A stretch of DNA of 32,000 bases from Raphidiopsis brookii D9 (GTDB lineage: Bacteria > Cyanobacteriota > Cyanobacteriia > Cyanobacteriales > Nostocaceae). The DNA is taken from assembly GCA_000175855.1 (NCBI GenBank), contig ACYB01000011.1:30001-62000 (forward strand), in the 5' to 3' direction. This document shows, one piece after another, positions 11,625-21,237 of this stretch. Below the pieces are notes generated by a model. That model was not told where the DNA came from. It did no database searches and worked only from the letters and a program-made list of their open reading frames with translations. Each line of letters begins with the position of its first letter. Position 1 is the stretch's first letter. A program made the translations under genes and the position numbers.

Positions 11625-12068
11625 CTAAACCACAAAACTTGCTTCTTCCCCAACAGCAGCTTGTCTGCTTCTAGCATCATAATAGAGGTCAGCCAAGGTA
11701 ATGCTATATAGAGCTTCTCGTAACTTTTGGTTGAGTCTTTGCCACAAAGTAAATGTCACCCAATCTTCAGCTTGTGTGGATGGTGAAACTTTCACAGCCA
11801 AATCAGCTATATTTTCCCCCACCGCTTCTAAAATCTCCCCTATGGAAATTTGTTGAGGGTGTTTTGCTAATTTATAGCCACCAACACTCCCACGTAAGGA
11901 GTGAACTAAACCAGCATGACGCATTTCTATCAATAGCTTTTCTAAATAAGCAGCCGGAATTTCTTGCCGCGAGGCGATCGCCTTCACGGAACCAGGCCCA
12001 TATTTTGGTTGTAAACTCAAATCCAGCAACGCCTTCACACTATAGTGTCCCCTGGTAGTTAATTTCAT
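11625..12068 (-). CDS. Rrf2 family transcriptional regulator
   Basis: MKLTTRGHYSVKALLDLS...EIPAAYLEKLLIEMRHAGLVHSLRGSVGGYKLAKHPQQISIGEILEAV; winged-helix Rrf2 core. The usual Fe-S cysteine cluster is not visible. Confidence 0.88.
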   Translation of the reverse strand: MKLTTRGHYSVKALLDLSLQPKYGPGSVKAIASRQEIPAAYLEKLLIEMRHAGLVHSLRGSVGGYKLAKHPQQISIGEILEAVGENIADLAVKVSPSTQAEDWVTFTLWQRLNQKLREALYSITLADLYYDARSRQAAVGEEASFVV

Positions 12069-12255
12069 CTTTATAGTTAACCGTTATCGCTCAACAAACT
12101 TTCTCCATCATCTTCCTCCAACCTAGAAAATATTGACAGAGGTTTAAAAAACTTAATCAACTTGATCCTGAAAATCAGTGTACAAATCAACTTACCCATC
12201 TAAAGGTAGGAGGACGGGGAAAATTTTCTTCAAAAAACCCCTTGACAAAATAGAT

Positions 12256-12281
12256 AATTGTGCAACAATTTTTGTTATAAT
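12256..12281 (+). promoter_or_regulatory. Candidate promoter/operator region upstream of the cyAbrB gene
   Basis: TATAAT at 12276-12281 next to a perfect inverted repeat AATTGT-gca-ACAATT (12256-12270); TTGACA at 12242 is 28 nt from TATAAT, too far for a standard spacer. Confidence 0.3.
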
Positions 12282-12412
12282 CATCATAATATTTTAACTG
12301 CAAACCAAGACCAAGTTAGGGAAACCAAGTTATGGGCTTTCCATTGGCTTGACTGTCAGTTAAAATGAAATCGAATCAACCACTTCAGTTATCCAATTTC
12401 AGCCAAAAGTTG

Positions 12413-12830
12413 ATGCCTAAGCAAAAAGAAAATTGACCCCCTTGTTGGTGAAGAACTGCTCCAAAGAGTTAAGGAGCTAGGGAATGAAACCAGGGAAGAG
12501 AAAGCTAAACAGTGTGGCTACTATACCATTACCAAGAATGGGATAGAGCGGGTGAATATAATGAAGTTCTTGAATGCCTTAATTGAGGCCGAGGGTATTC
12601 AGTTAGATGGCGCACCCGGTGCCAACGGTCGTGGTGGAAGGAGTGCCAGCTATAGAGTTAGCGTGCAGTCGAACAACAATTTACTCATAGGTTCAGCTTA
12701 CACAAAACAGATGAATCTAAAACCCGGCGATGAATTTGTCATCAGCTTAGGTAAAAAGCATATTCGACTGCGACAAGTAGAGCCAGAAGAAAGAGATGAT
12801 GATGATCAGCTGGAAGAAGTAACAGCTTAA
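12413..12830 (+). CDS. cyAbrB-type (cyanobacterial AbrB-like) transcriptional regulator with apparent 1-nt frameshift near codon 5
   Basis: Track ORF 12552..12830 (MNIMKFLNALIEAEGIQLDG...NLLIGSAYTKQMNLKPGDEFVISLGKKHIRLRQV) matches the cyAbrB core. Coding similarity extends upstream in the same frame (IDPLVGEELLQRVKELGNETREEKAKQCGYYTITKNGIERVN); an ATG at 12413 (MPKQK..) joins it only if one A of the A5 run at 12423-12427 is removed. Confidence 0.8.
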
Positions 12831-12849
12831 TTATCGAAAATTTTGGAAT

Positions 12850-12870
12850 CCCCGTCTTTTTAAAGCGGGG
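12850..12870 (+). terminator. Candidate terminator between convergent cyAbrB and ClC genes
   Basis: CCCCG-t-CTTT-tt-AAAG-CGGGG stem (9 bp with one bulge) followed by AATTTT. Confidence 0.5.
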
Positions 12871-12883
12871 AATTTTCACTGCT

Positions 12884-14764
12884 TCAGCAGTCTTTAGATA
12901 AATAAGGCTCTACAGCTTTACGAGTAGTTGCTAAGTTACAGGTTAAAGCAATTTCCTTTTGTTCTAATAAACCCACAATACAATCTGGATTATGCCTGTC
13001 TAAAACTGGTAATTGCTGTAGTCCTCTGAGTGCCATACGGTCTAAAGCCTCAGATAAAGGTTCATCTTGCCAAGCATAAAGGATATCGGTGGTACAAATA
13101 TCGAGAATGGTTTGACCAAAAAAATCGGGCTTTAGTTGTTCTGAGGGAGTTTGGTAGTTTTCCCAGCGAGAAAGGGTGCGATTAATATCATCCAAAGAGA
13201 CAATACCTACCAATTTTTCATTGGCATCAATCACTAAGGCGCTAGGAACATGATCGTGGATCATTTCCAAAGCTGCTTCTAGCACGCTAAGATTGGCAGG
13301 GATTTTTTTGGGGTGGAAATGGATGGCCTCAGCAACAGAAGTGGTTTGAATCACTTCCAATTTATGGTCTTTTAATTCCGCAAGACCAATTTGTTGTAGG
13401 TTCACATTGGAACTAACAGTAGGTTTAATCAGTTCCATGAGCCATATACTTAAACCCACTGCTGCCATCAAAGGCAAAACAATACGGTAATCACGGGTCA
13501 GTTCAAACAACATTAATATAGCAGTTAAAGGAGCTCGAACACTGGCAGCTAAAACAGCAGCCATACCAACCATGGCATAAGCGGGGGGTGCAGCCATATA
13601 CTCAGCCACACCTGGAAATATCAGGGACAGTAACTTTCCGTATGCAGAACCCAGGGATGCGCCCAAAAACATGGCCGGGGCAAAAAGTCCCCCCACAAAA
13701 CCACTAGCTGAACTAATTGCCGTTGCTAATAATTTTAACACCATTAAACCCAGCAAGAGGTATAAAGAAAATTCCTGGTCCTGTAAAATGGCTTCCACGG
13801 TTCCATAACCAATACCCAAAATTTGCGGATAATTTAAAGCTACTAAACCAACCAGAAAACCACCTATAACCGGTTGTATAGGTTTGGGAATCTTACTGAA
13901 AAATGCCAGACCCTTAAATTTGCCATTAAACAAGTTTTGGGCCGTGCTAATAGATTGTTTATAAGTAAGAGCTACCACACTAGCTCCCAAACCTAAACCC
14001 AGATATAGGGGTAACTCCAAAAGACTACGAACCTCGTATGCAGGTAAGGTAAAAGCCGGTTGACTGCCTAAACCAATTTGAGCGATTAAGGCTGCTACCA
14101 CTGCCGCTAGTAAAACTACACTAACTGCAGAGGTGGCAAAAGATGTAGCGCCCAAAACCACTTCCAAGGCAAAAAACACCCCAGCAATGGGAGCATTAAA
14201 CCCAGCGGCTAAACCAGCAGCAGCGCCTGCTCCTATTAACAGTCTTTGTCGTTCTTGAGAAACTTGTAAGACATCTGAGAATAAAACCCCAAAATTTGCT
14301 CCAATTTCCACACTCGGACCCTCTGGACCCAAGGAAGCACCACTACCCAAAGAAACACCAGCAGCTATCATTTTGGTAACGGGACGAAGTTTTTGCTTAA
14401 CTTCCTTCCCTTGGGAAACAGCAATTAAAGACAAAAGCCCAGGACCAAAATCCTGAGTGCGCCAACGCATTAGACCAACAATTATGCCACCTAAGGTAGG
14501 AACACAGGCTAAAGTCCAGGCTCCCCACCTTCCTATGAATGCCATTAGGTTTTCTAACATTAAGTCGTGAACAAGTTCAATTAAATAGTGGAAGGTTACT
14601 ACACCCATACCTGTACCACTACCGATAAGTATAGCTAGAAATAATACTACCGTTTCCTGGGATGGCTGGAAACGGCGAATCAGATTAGTTAAGAAAGTGG
14701 AAATATGGGGGAAGGTAGTCGGTTGAAATACCTTATGCATTTGTGTGGGAGGCAATAAGCTCAT
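12884..14764 (-). CDS. ClC family chloride channel/transporter with C-terminal CBS domains
   Basis: GSGASLGPEGPSVEIG, GFNAPIAGVFFALE, GLFAPAMFLGASLG motifs; two CBS-like segments at the C-terminus. Confidence 0.93.
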   Translation of the reverse strand: MSLLPPTQMHKVFQPTTFPHISTFLTNLIRRFQPSQETVVLFLAILIGSGTGMGVVTFHYLIELVHDLMLENLMAFIGRWGAWTLACVPTLGGIIVGLMRWRTQDFGPGLLSLIAVSQGKEVKQKLRPVTKMIAAGVSLGSGASLGPEGPSVEIGANFGVLFSDVLQVSQERQRLLIGAGAAAGLAAGFNAPIAGVFFALEVVLGATSFATSAVSVVLLAAVVAALIAQIGLGSQPAFTLPAYEVRSLLELPLYLGLGLGASVVALTYKQSISTAQNLFNGKFKGLAFFSKIPKPIQPVIGGFLVGLVALNYPQILGIGYGTVEAILQDQEFSLYLLLGLMVLKLLATAISSASGFVGGLFAPAMFLGASLGSAYGKLLSLIFPGVAEYMAAPPAYAMVGMAAVLAASVRAPLTAILMLFELTRDYRIVLPLMAAVGLSIWLMELIKPTVSSNVNLQQIGLAELKDHKLEVIQTTSVAEAIHFHPKKIPANLSVLEAALEMIHDHVPSALVIDANEKLVGIVSLDDINRTLSRWENYQTPSEQLKPDFFGQTILDICTTDILYAWQDEPLSEALDRMALRGLQQLPVLDRHNPDCIVGLLEQKEIALTCNLATTRKAVEPYLSKDC

Positions 14765-15014
14765 GGAAGACCAGTAAATATAACGAAAAATTTAATTTTT
14801 TATCTGTTATTCTTTATTGTGAGGCATAATTCAGCTAGTAAACAACTATTGGGCGATAATCTGTCAGTCAATTGGCAATGGTTTATTCCATAGCTGGGTT
14901 GTAGTATTATATAAAAATACGAAGCTAGCAGAGTTTAAACTGCATCTGTCGTCCCTGGGGGCGAGGAGTGTCACAATAGTAATAAATGGTCAACTGACTA
15001 GGCAAACCCTATCA

Positions 15015-15374
15015 ATGAACATAAACATTTCTGATGGTAATCATCTACGCTGCCCGATTTGCCGAGGGAGTAATACAAAAAAAGCCTTTGGAACCTACAT
15101 AGGACTGTTTACTTGTCCATTCTGTCATGAAAGGCTAGTAGTTTGCAAGAGTGGTCACTATGTACGTGACCCGTTTGGCTGGAGGAAAATTGTTTTGGAA
15201 TCGGCATTGCGCCGTCAAAGCAAACCTATTTCGAGATTGGTACGAGATTTGTTTTCCCTCAAACGATATTTGTTTGTAGTGGGGATGGGAATTGGAATTG
15301 TACTAACCACAATAGTAATTACTGAACAAAATACTAGTTATAAGCAACACCCAAGTTCCTTAGGTCATCCTTAG
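15015..15374 (+). CDS. Hypothetical small protein with two CxxC pairs and a C-terminal TM helix
   Basis: LRCPICRGSNTKKAFGTYIGLFTCPFCHERLVVCKSGHYVRD followed by YLFVVGMGIGIVLTTIVI. Confidence 0.6.
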   Translation: MNINISDGNHLRCPICRGSNTKKAFGTYIGLFTCPFCHERLVVCKSGHYVRDPFGWRKIVLESALRRQSKPISRLVRDLFSLKRYLFVVGMGIGIVLTTIVITEQNTSYKQHPSSLGHP

Positions 15375-15523
15375 GGAGCAAGGAAATATAACTTCCCTAA
15401 ACTAAATAAATGGCGAAAAATTGTCGGTCCTATCAGTCTAGTTATTAACTGCACAATACTGAGTAATTGATTGGTGCACTAAATACAATTAGAAAAGTAA
15501 TTCCTGATGTCTTTGGGGAATAA

Positions 15524-15587
15524 AGGGCTTGCCGTTTAGCCCTGTAGCGCTTTACCCGCTACGTACTCACAAATTTCTAGAATTTGT
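15524..15587. other. Three tandem perfect hairpins in the region upstream of the 15658 ORF
   Basis: AGGGCT-tgccgttt-AGCCCT (15524-15543), GTAGCG-ctttacc-CGCTAC (15544-15562), ACAAATT-tctag-AATTTGT (15569-15587). Confidence 0.7.
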
Positions 15588-15657
15588 TTGAACGGTAACT
15601 TTTTTTAGTTTATTTTTTAAACAATTTAACATTTTCCGTGTCAGTTAAATGATATAA

Positions 15658-17215
15658 GTGACACAAAACCAACTTGACCAGTTTGTTATGAGGAGTTTAC
15701 CAATGAATCTACCTGTTGTTTTAGATATAGCCCTAGGGTTAGTTTTCACTTACCTGATTTTAAGTTTGTTGGCTTCGGAGATTCAAGAGCTACTTGCTAC
15801 TGTTTTGCAATGGCGAGCGGTGCATCTAAAAAAATCTATTGAGATATTCTTAGCAGGGGATATAAAGAATTCTGATGCTAAGGATGTACTGGACCTGGTG
15901 AATAGGATTTATAATAATCCTATCATTAGAAGCATTAACCAGGAAACAAAGGGATTTTTATCAACCTTACCCAGAAAAATGACCTGGAAGGTAGCTGACA
16001 TAGTTAGTTCAGTCAAAAAGTTGGTTTCTAGATCATCACGGGAAAACAAAATTTTTGCCAATCAAAATAGTGGACCTTCCTATATCTCTAGTGACAGTTT
16101 TGTTTCTGGTTTATTAGAGGAGTTAAAACTGCCTAAAATCATTCATAGTCTTGTAGAGGTGAGGTTAGAAAATTTTAAGATTCAACATTTGCGAGCCATT
16201 AAATTAATTCTAACGAGATCTTTAAGACAAATAGCAAGTAATGAGTTATCAACTAATGTTACTCATGATATCAATGATGATTTTGTGAATCTAGACTCTG
16301 AATATAGGCAAATTGTGGATGATTTTAAAAATCAAAAATTTGATGTAGATACTAGTATGAATCGGATGCAGGATAGTTTAAACAAATATATCAACAATTT
16401 TCAAGCTAATATTGAAAATAATCACCCAGCCTTAATGGAAACACACAAGCGGTTGCAGACTTTACAAAATCATATTTTTCCCAGTCTTGAGGAAGCAATT
16501 ACTGTTGCGGGTCTCAAGCCCAGTATTAGTGAAATTATCCAATTAATGGAAACTGGTAAAGCTGGATATAATGAAATTCAAACCACTTCACAACTGAGGG
16601 ACGGTGAAAGATATGTAACTATTAGGGATCTGATTGATAGCTTACCACCGGGAATGAAGCAAAACATTGCGACCATGGCCAAGCGGGCCCAGTATAAAGC
16701 CAAAACCACAGAGGAGGGGATACGGGTATTAAGACAAGAGATAGAAAATTCTTTTGATAGTTCCATGCAAAGAGCTGGGGGTGTTTATAAACGTAATGCT
16801 AAAGGGGTAGCAATTTTAATTGGTATTGTTATAGCTTTTGGCGCTAATGCGGATACATTTTACATTATTGATCGGCTATCTAAGGATACAGCATTGAGGG
16901 AAGCAATTGTTTATAAAGCTCAACAGACCATAGATCAGCAAGTGCTAGATCCTAACTTGAAAAACATTGACACCAATCAAATTTTAGAGGATATTAGTTT
17001 ACCCATTGGTTGGAGTGAAAAAAACTTAAACCGAGCAACTGGGTACTAATCCGATTAAAATCAACGGTGTTTCCATTGTGAGCTCCAATATGATAATGGG
17101 TTGGCTAGTCAGTGGTTTTGCCATTGCTATGGGTGCGCCTTTTTGGTTTGATTTGCTGGGTAAAGTAATGAATGTGAGAAATACCGGTAAAGGGAACAAG
17201 GGAACGGGGAACTAG
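15658..17215 (+). CDS. Hypothetical cyanobacterial membrane protein, apparent frameshift near 17030-17043
   Basis: TM near N-terminus (VVLDIALGLVFTYLILSLLASEIQELL) and TM around residue 375. Track ORF stops at 17049; a TM-containing tail (GTNPIKINGVSIVSSNMIMGWLVSGFAIAMGAPFWFDLLGKVMNVRNTGKGNKGTGN) continues in another frame to 17215. True start may be ATG 15688 or 15703. Confidence 0.7.
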
Positions 17216-17225
17216 GGAGTGGTTT

Positions 17226-18512
17226 TTAAAAACTGAAGATAATTTGTAAATTCCAATTTTCACCTTGACGAATAATCTCTATCTGACGAATAAATTCTCG
17301 GAGGTAAAAACGCCTTTCTACCTCCGATAAGTCCATCCAAAACTGTGGAATGGAGACAGCTTGTGCAACGGAGGACAAATTCACAGGGGGGAGAATAGCT
17401 AACTGAGACTCCAGTTGAGAAATTTCTGTCTGGAGTTTATAACGCCTTAATTTTGCTGTTTCTTGATCTAGCACTCCCGTTTCTATTAAAATGGGTAGCT
17501 GGTCAACAATTGCTTGTTTACTTAAAATTTGAGCAGTTAACTTTTTTTTCATACTATCTAATTGACTAAAATTTACTTGGTCAACAGCTGTAGGTAAATT
17601 TTGACAAATTGTTTCAATGGTTCTGGTTAGAACCTGTTCATAAGAAATAGAATCACATTTAGGATTTTGAGGACACTTGGTGTTGCGCAAATATAGGTAC
17701 TCTTGTGATTGGGAAGAGTGTGTAACCCGGTTAATATTCATTTTTTGTTGGCATTGATTACATAGGACTAGTCCAGCTAAGGAATAGGGCGCACTAGCTG
17801 TACGGGATGATAAACGACTATTACTCCGTAAAATTCTGTCAACTTGAGCTGATTCTTCCTTGGATATTATACCAGGATGAGTATTAGATATAGTTTCTCC
17901 ATTTTGATAAATAGTGTCACCACGATAAACTGGATTGGTTAACCACCTTCTACCAGTGGTAACGGAGATTTTTTTGCCATATTTTTTGGCTAGATAACGA
18001 ACTGCACCGCGTACAGAAGCATAGAGTAAAAAGTGATCAATAAATTCTTTGACTAAGGGAGATGTACTGCGATCAATAATGTATTTTCCCTTACTGACCC
18101 GATAGCCATAGGGAACCTTACCAGGTGGTCGCAAGGCTTCCAGACGATTTTTTGCGTGTCCACTACGAATACGACGACTACGTTGTTGGCTTTGAATCTC
18201 CTGGGCTAAATCCAGCATAGTCAGGGGAACCTCAGCAGTTTCCGATATATATGGTTGTTCTATGGCAATGATTATTACTCCCATAGTTTCCAGTTGATTC
18301 AGGCGATCGCCCACTTGTTGTAAAGTATCTCCTAGTTCATCCAAACGTCTAATGAGAAGATAGGTGGGGGAAGGGCACTCGTAGATTAATTGTTGCAATT
18401 GAGACCGCCCTCCCATATCTTGATAAATTTGATCTACTTCCCAACCCCAAATAGAGTCATCGGGTGCGGTTTCCAAAAGTGGATCCGTATAACTATAGGC
18501 AATGATTCTCAT
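17226..18512 (-). CDS. Large serine recombinase-like protein with degenerate catalytic N-terminus
   Basis: Recombinase domain (RLEALRPPGKVPYGYRVSKGKYIIDRS...RWLTNPVYRGD), Zn-ribbon (CNQCQQKM...KCPQNPKC) and C-terminal coiled coil; resolvase-like N-terminus retains fold-level similarity (YLLIRRLDELGDTL) but not the catalytic residues. Confidence 0.82.
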   Translation of the reverse strand: MRIIAYSYTDPLLETAPDDSIWGWEVDQIYQDMGGRSQLQQLIYECPSPTYLLIRRLDELGDTLQQVGDRLNQLETMGVIIIAIEQPYISETAEVPLTMLDLAQEIQSQQRSRRIRSGHAKNRLEALRPPGKVPYGYRVSKGKYIIDRSTSPLVKEFIDHFLLYASVRGAVRYLAKKYGKKISVTTGRRWLTNPVYRGDTIYQNGETISNTHPGIISKEESAQVDRILRSNSRLSSRTASAPYSLAGLVLCNQCQQKMNINRVTHSSQSQEYLYLRNTKCPQNPKCDSISYEQVLTRTIETICQNLPTAVDQVNFSQLDSMKKKLTAQILSKQAIVDQLPILIETGVLDQETAKLRRYKLQTEISQLESQLAILPPVNLSSVAQAVSIPQFWMDLSEVERRFYLREFIRQIEIIRQGENWNLQIIFSF

Positions 18513-18931
18513 GGGAAATTATAGATTTCTACTTGATTTTACTTGATTTTACTTTAGGGTCGCCAGGAAACGTCCATAGTTTAAAAACTATGAATACAAT
18601 TATTTTCATCTATTGATAGATATAAATCATAAATTAGAAACAATGATAATCATCGGGTTAAAAATATAAATTTTTCTTATATATCCAATCCAATATTTGT
18701 GTGGAATTTGCTGTTGACTAGTGATCTATTTTTTTTAAAAACCTGTAGACTAAGATTCATTGGTTGGGAGTAAATTGTTGATCCCACCTAAAAACGCTAA
18801 CTAATCGTAGGGGGTTAAGAAAAATTTAATATTGCTACATTATTACCAGATGCGCATTTATACAATATCAAAAATTACATCTGGGTTCCATACAAGATAA
18901 AAACACAATGATTACATAAGGAGATATGATC

Positions 18932-20299
18932 ATGTCTGGATTTTGGCATCAAACTTCCCGTCGCAGATTCATTACCACTGCTGGTGTTGCTGCGGGCGCA
19001 GTACTAATTAAAGGGTGTTTAGGAAACCCACCAGAAAGAGGTGCAGGGTCTAGCTCTCAAAGTCAACAAGTAGAAGCAGCAAATTTAACACCAGAGATCA
19101 CACCAGAAACCACCAAAGTTAAATTAGGATATCTTCCCATTGTAGAAGCTGCACCACTAATTATTGCCCAGGAATTAGGTTTCTTTAAAAGATGGGGAAT
19201 GACCGAAGTTGAACTTGCCAAACAAGCATCTTGGGGTTCCATGCGAGACAACACGGAAATTGGCTCTGCAGGGGGAGGTGTAGACGGTGGGCAATATCAA
19301 ATGCCCATGCCACACTTAATCACTGAGGGGCTAATTACAAAGGGAAATACAAAAATACCCATGTATCTACTAGCCCAATTGAACACACAAGGTAACGGCA
19401 TTGCAATTGCTAGCAAGCACGCAGGCAAGCAGGTCCATCTTGACCTATCTAAAGGAGGAAAAGCAGTTTTTGATAAATTAAAATCAACCCCATCACCTTT
19501 TACAGCGGCATTTACATTTGGGAAAGTTAACCAGGAATTTTGGTTGCGGTACTGGTTAGCAGCAGGAGGCGTAAATCCTGACACTGATGTGAAATTAATT
19601 CCAGTACCTACTGCTCAGACGGTAGCCAATATGAGAACTGGAACTGTGGATGCTTTCAGTACAGGAGATCCTTGGCCATATAGAATTGTTAAAGACAAGA
19701 TTGGTTTTATCTCCGCGCTGACTGCCCAAATATGGAAAAATCATCCTGAAGAATACCTTGCAATTAGAGGAGAGTGGGTAGATGCTAACCCAAAAGCTAC
19801 AAAAGCGATTTTAAAAGCAGTTATGGAAGCCCAGCAGTGGTTAGATAAGTTTGAAAACAGAGAAACTGCGGCCAACATTTTAGGACGGACTAACTACTAT
19901 AACATATCACCCTCCTTCCTGACAGACCCCTTCCAGGGTAACTATGATATGGGGGATGGTCAGAAAGTTAACGATAAATCCATGGCAGTGTTATATTGGA
20001 AGGATGAAAGAGGTAGTGTTTCCTACCCATATAAGAGTCATGACCTGTGGTTTTTAACTGAAAGTATTCGTTGGGGATTCCTACCAGCAGAATATCTAGA
20101 TAAATCAGAGGATCTGATCAACAGAGTTAACAAAGAAAATATATGGCGAGAAGCTGCTAAGGAATTGGGCATACCTGATGCTGATATTCCTACTAGCACC
20201 TCCCGTGGTTTAGAAAAGTTCTTTGATGGTATTACATTTGATCCGTCAGATCCTCGTGGCTACTTAAAGGGGTTGAAAATCAAAAAGATAAATATTTGA
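18932..20299 (+). CDS. nrtA: Nitrate ABC transporter substrate-binding lipoprotein NrtA
   Basis: Tat-like/lipobox leader ([21 protein letters not shown]); [42 protein letters not shown]...GDPWPYRI...[26 protein letters not shown] at 18918-18923 fits a start at 18932. Confidence 0.92.
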   Translation: MSGFWHQTSRRRFITTAGVAAGAVLIKGCLGNPPERGAGSSSQSQQVEAANLTPEITPETTKVKLGYLPIVEAAPLIIAQELGFFKRWGMTEVELAKQASWGSMRDNTEIGSAGGGVDGGQYQMPMPHLITEGLITKGNTKIPMYLLAQLNTQGNGIAIASKHAGKQVHLDLSKGGKAVFDKLKSTPSPFTAAFTFGKVNQEFWLRYWLAAGGVNPDTDVKLIPVPTAQTVANMRTGTVDAFSTGDPWPYRIVKDKIGFISALTAQIWKNHPEEYLAIRGEWVDANPKATKAILKAVMEAQQWLDKFENRETAANILGRTNYYNISPSFLTDPFQGNYDMGDGQKVNDKSMAVLYWKDERGSVSYPYKSHDLWFLTESIRWGFLPAEYLDKSEDLINRVNKENIWREAAKELGIPDADIPTSTSRGLEKFFDGITFDPSDPRGYLKGLKIKKINI

Positions 20300-20347
20300 T
20301 TGCTTTGATCACTAACTAAAATCTACAAAGTACAAAAGGATACAAAA

Positions 20348-21187
20348 ATGACAACAGTAACCGCCAAACGTCGTAGCAGTAATAATGGTTCCGAGAATTT
20401 TATCCTGGCATTTATCAATAAACAGATGCCAGAAATTCTACCTCCGCTTATTGCCATAGTTGCCTTTTTGGTTGTTTGGCAGGTATTTTCTCTGACAGGT
20501 GGTACTTTACCTGGGCCAATTCAAGTTGTACAAGATACTTGGGAATTAATTATTTACCCATTTTATGATCGAGGTGGGATTGACAAAGGTTTATTTTGGC
20601 AAGTTTTTGCCAGTTTACAAAGGGTGGCTATTAGTTACACATTAGCTGCTGTGGTAGGGATAGGTTTAGGAATTCTAATTGGTGTAAATACCACCATGTC
20701 CAAGGCCTTAGATCCCCTATTTCAATTGCTAAGAACCGTACCACCCTTAGCTTGGGTACCTATTTCTTTAGCTGCGTTAAGACAGAATGAACCAGCAGCA
20801 TTGTTCGTAATTTTTATCACCTCTCTTTGGCCGATTCTCATTAATACTGCTGTTGGTGTTAAGGAAATACCTGTCGATTATAATAATGTGGCTAAGGTCT
20901 TACAACTTTCCCAAAAAGAGTATTTCTTCAACGTCTTGATTCCCGCAGCGTTACCCTACATTTTCACCGGGTTAAGAATTTCCATTGGTTTAGCATGGTT
21001 GGCGATTATCGCAGCAGAAATCGTCATGTCTGGTATTGTTGGTATAGGATTCTTTATTTGGGATTCTTATCAAGCTAACAAGGTGAGTGAAGTGATCTTA
21101 GCCCTGGTTTACATTGGAGTTGTAGGTTTATTGCTGGATAAATTCATGGCTTGGTTACAAACAAGAATTTTACCAGAACAAAAATAG
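20348..21187 (+). CDS. nrtB: Nitrate ABC transporter permease NrtB
   Basis: ABC permease with LFVIFITSLWPILINTAVGVKEIPVDYNNVAKVLQLS...GLRISIGLAWLAIIAAEIVMSGIVGIGFFIWDSY; located between nrtA and nrtC. Confidence 0.92.
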   Translation: MTTVTAKRRSSNNGSENFILAFINKQMPEILPPLIAIVAFLVVWQVFSLTGGTLPGPIQVVQDTWELIIYPFYDRGGIDKGLFWQVFASLQRVAISYTLAAVVGIGLGILIGVNTTMSKALDPLFQLLRTVPPLAWVPISLAALRQNEPAALFVIFITSLWPILINTAVGVKEIPVDYNNVAKVLQLSQKEYFFNVLIPAALPYIFTGLRISIGLAWLAIIAAEIVMSGIVGIGFFIWDSYQANKVSEVILALVYIGVVGLLLDKFMAWLQTRILPEQK

Positions 21188-21237
21188 TTGCTGACTTTTT
21201 CTTACCCATTTTTATCCACAATTCACAACCTAAACCT

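Noticed and set aside
15371-15400. TTAGGGA / TCCCTAA inverted repeat at the stop of the 15015 gene
   Set aside because: 7-bp arms, 16-nt loop and no T-tract; too weak to call as a terminator.
17226-18512. Serine recombinase as evidence of an integrated mobile element or excision element
   Set aside because: No att-like direct repeats, phage genes or interrupted gene seen nearby, and the catalytic motif is missing; flanks are ordinary chromosomal genes.
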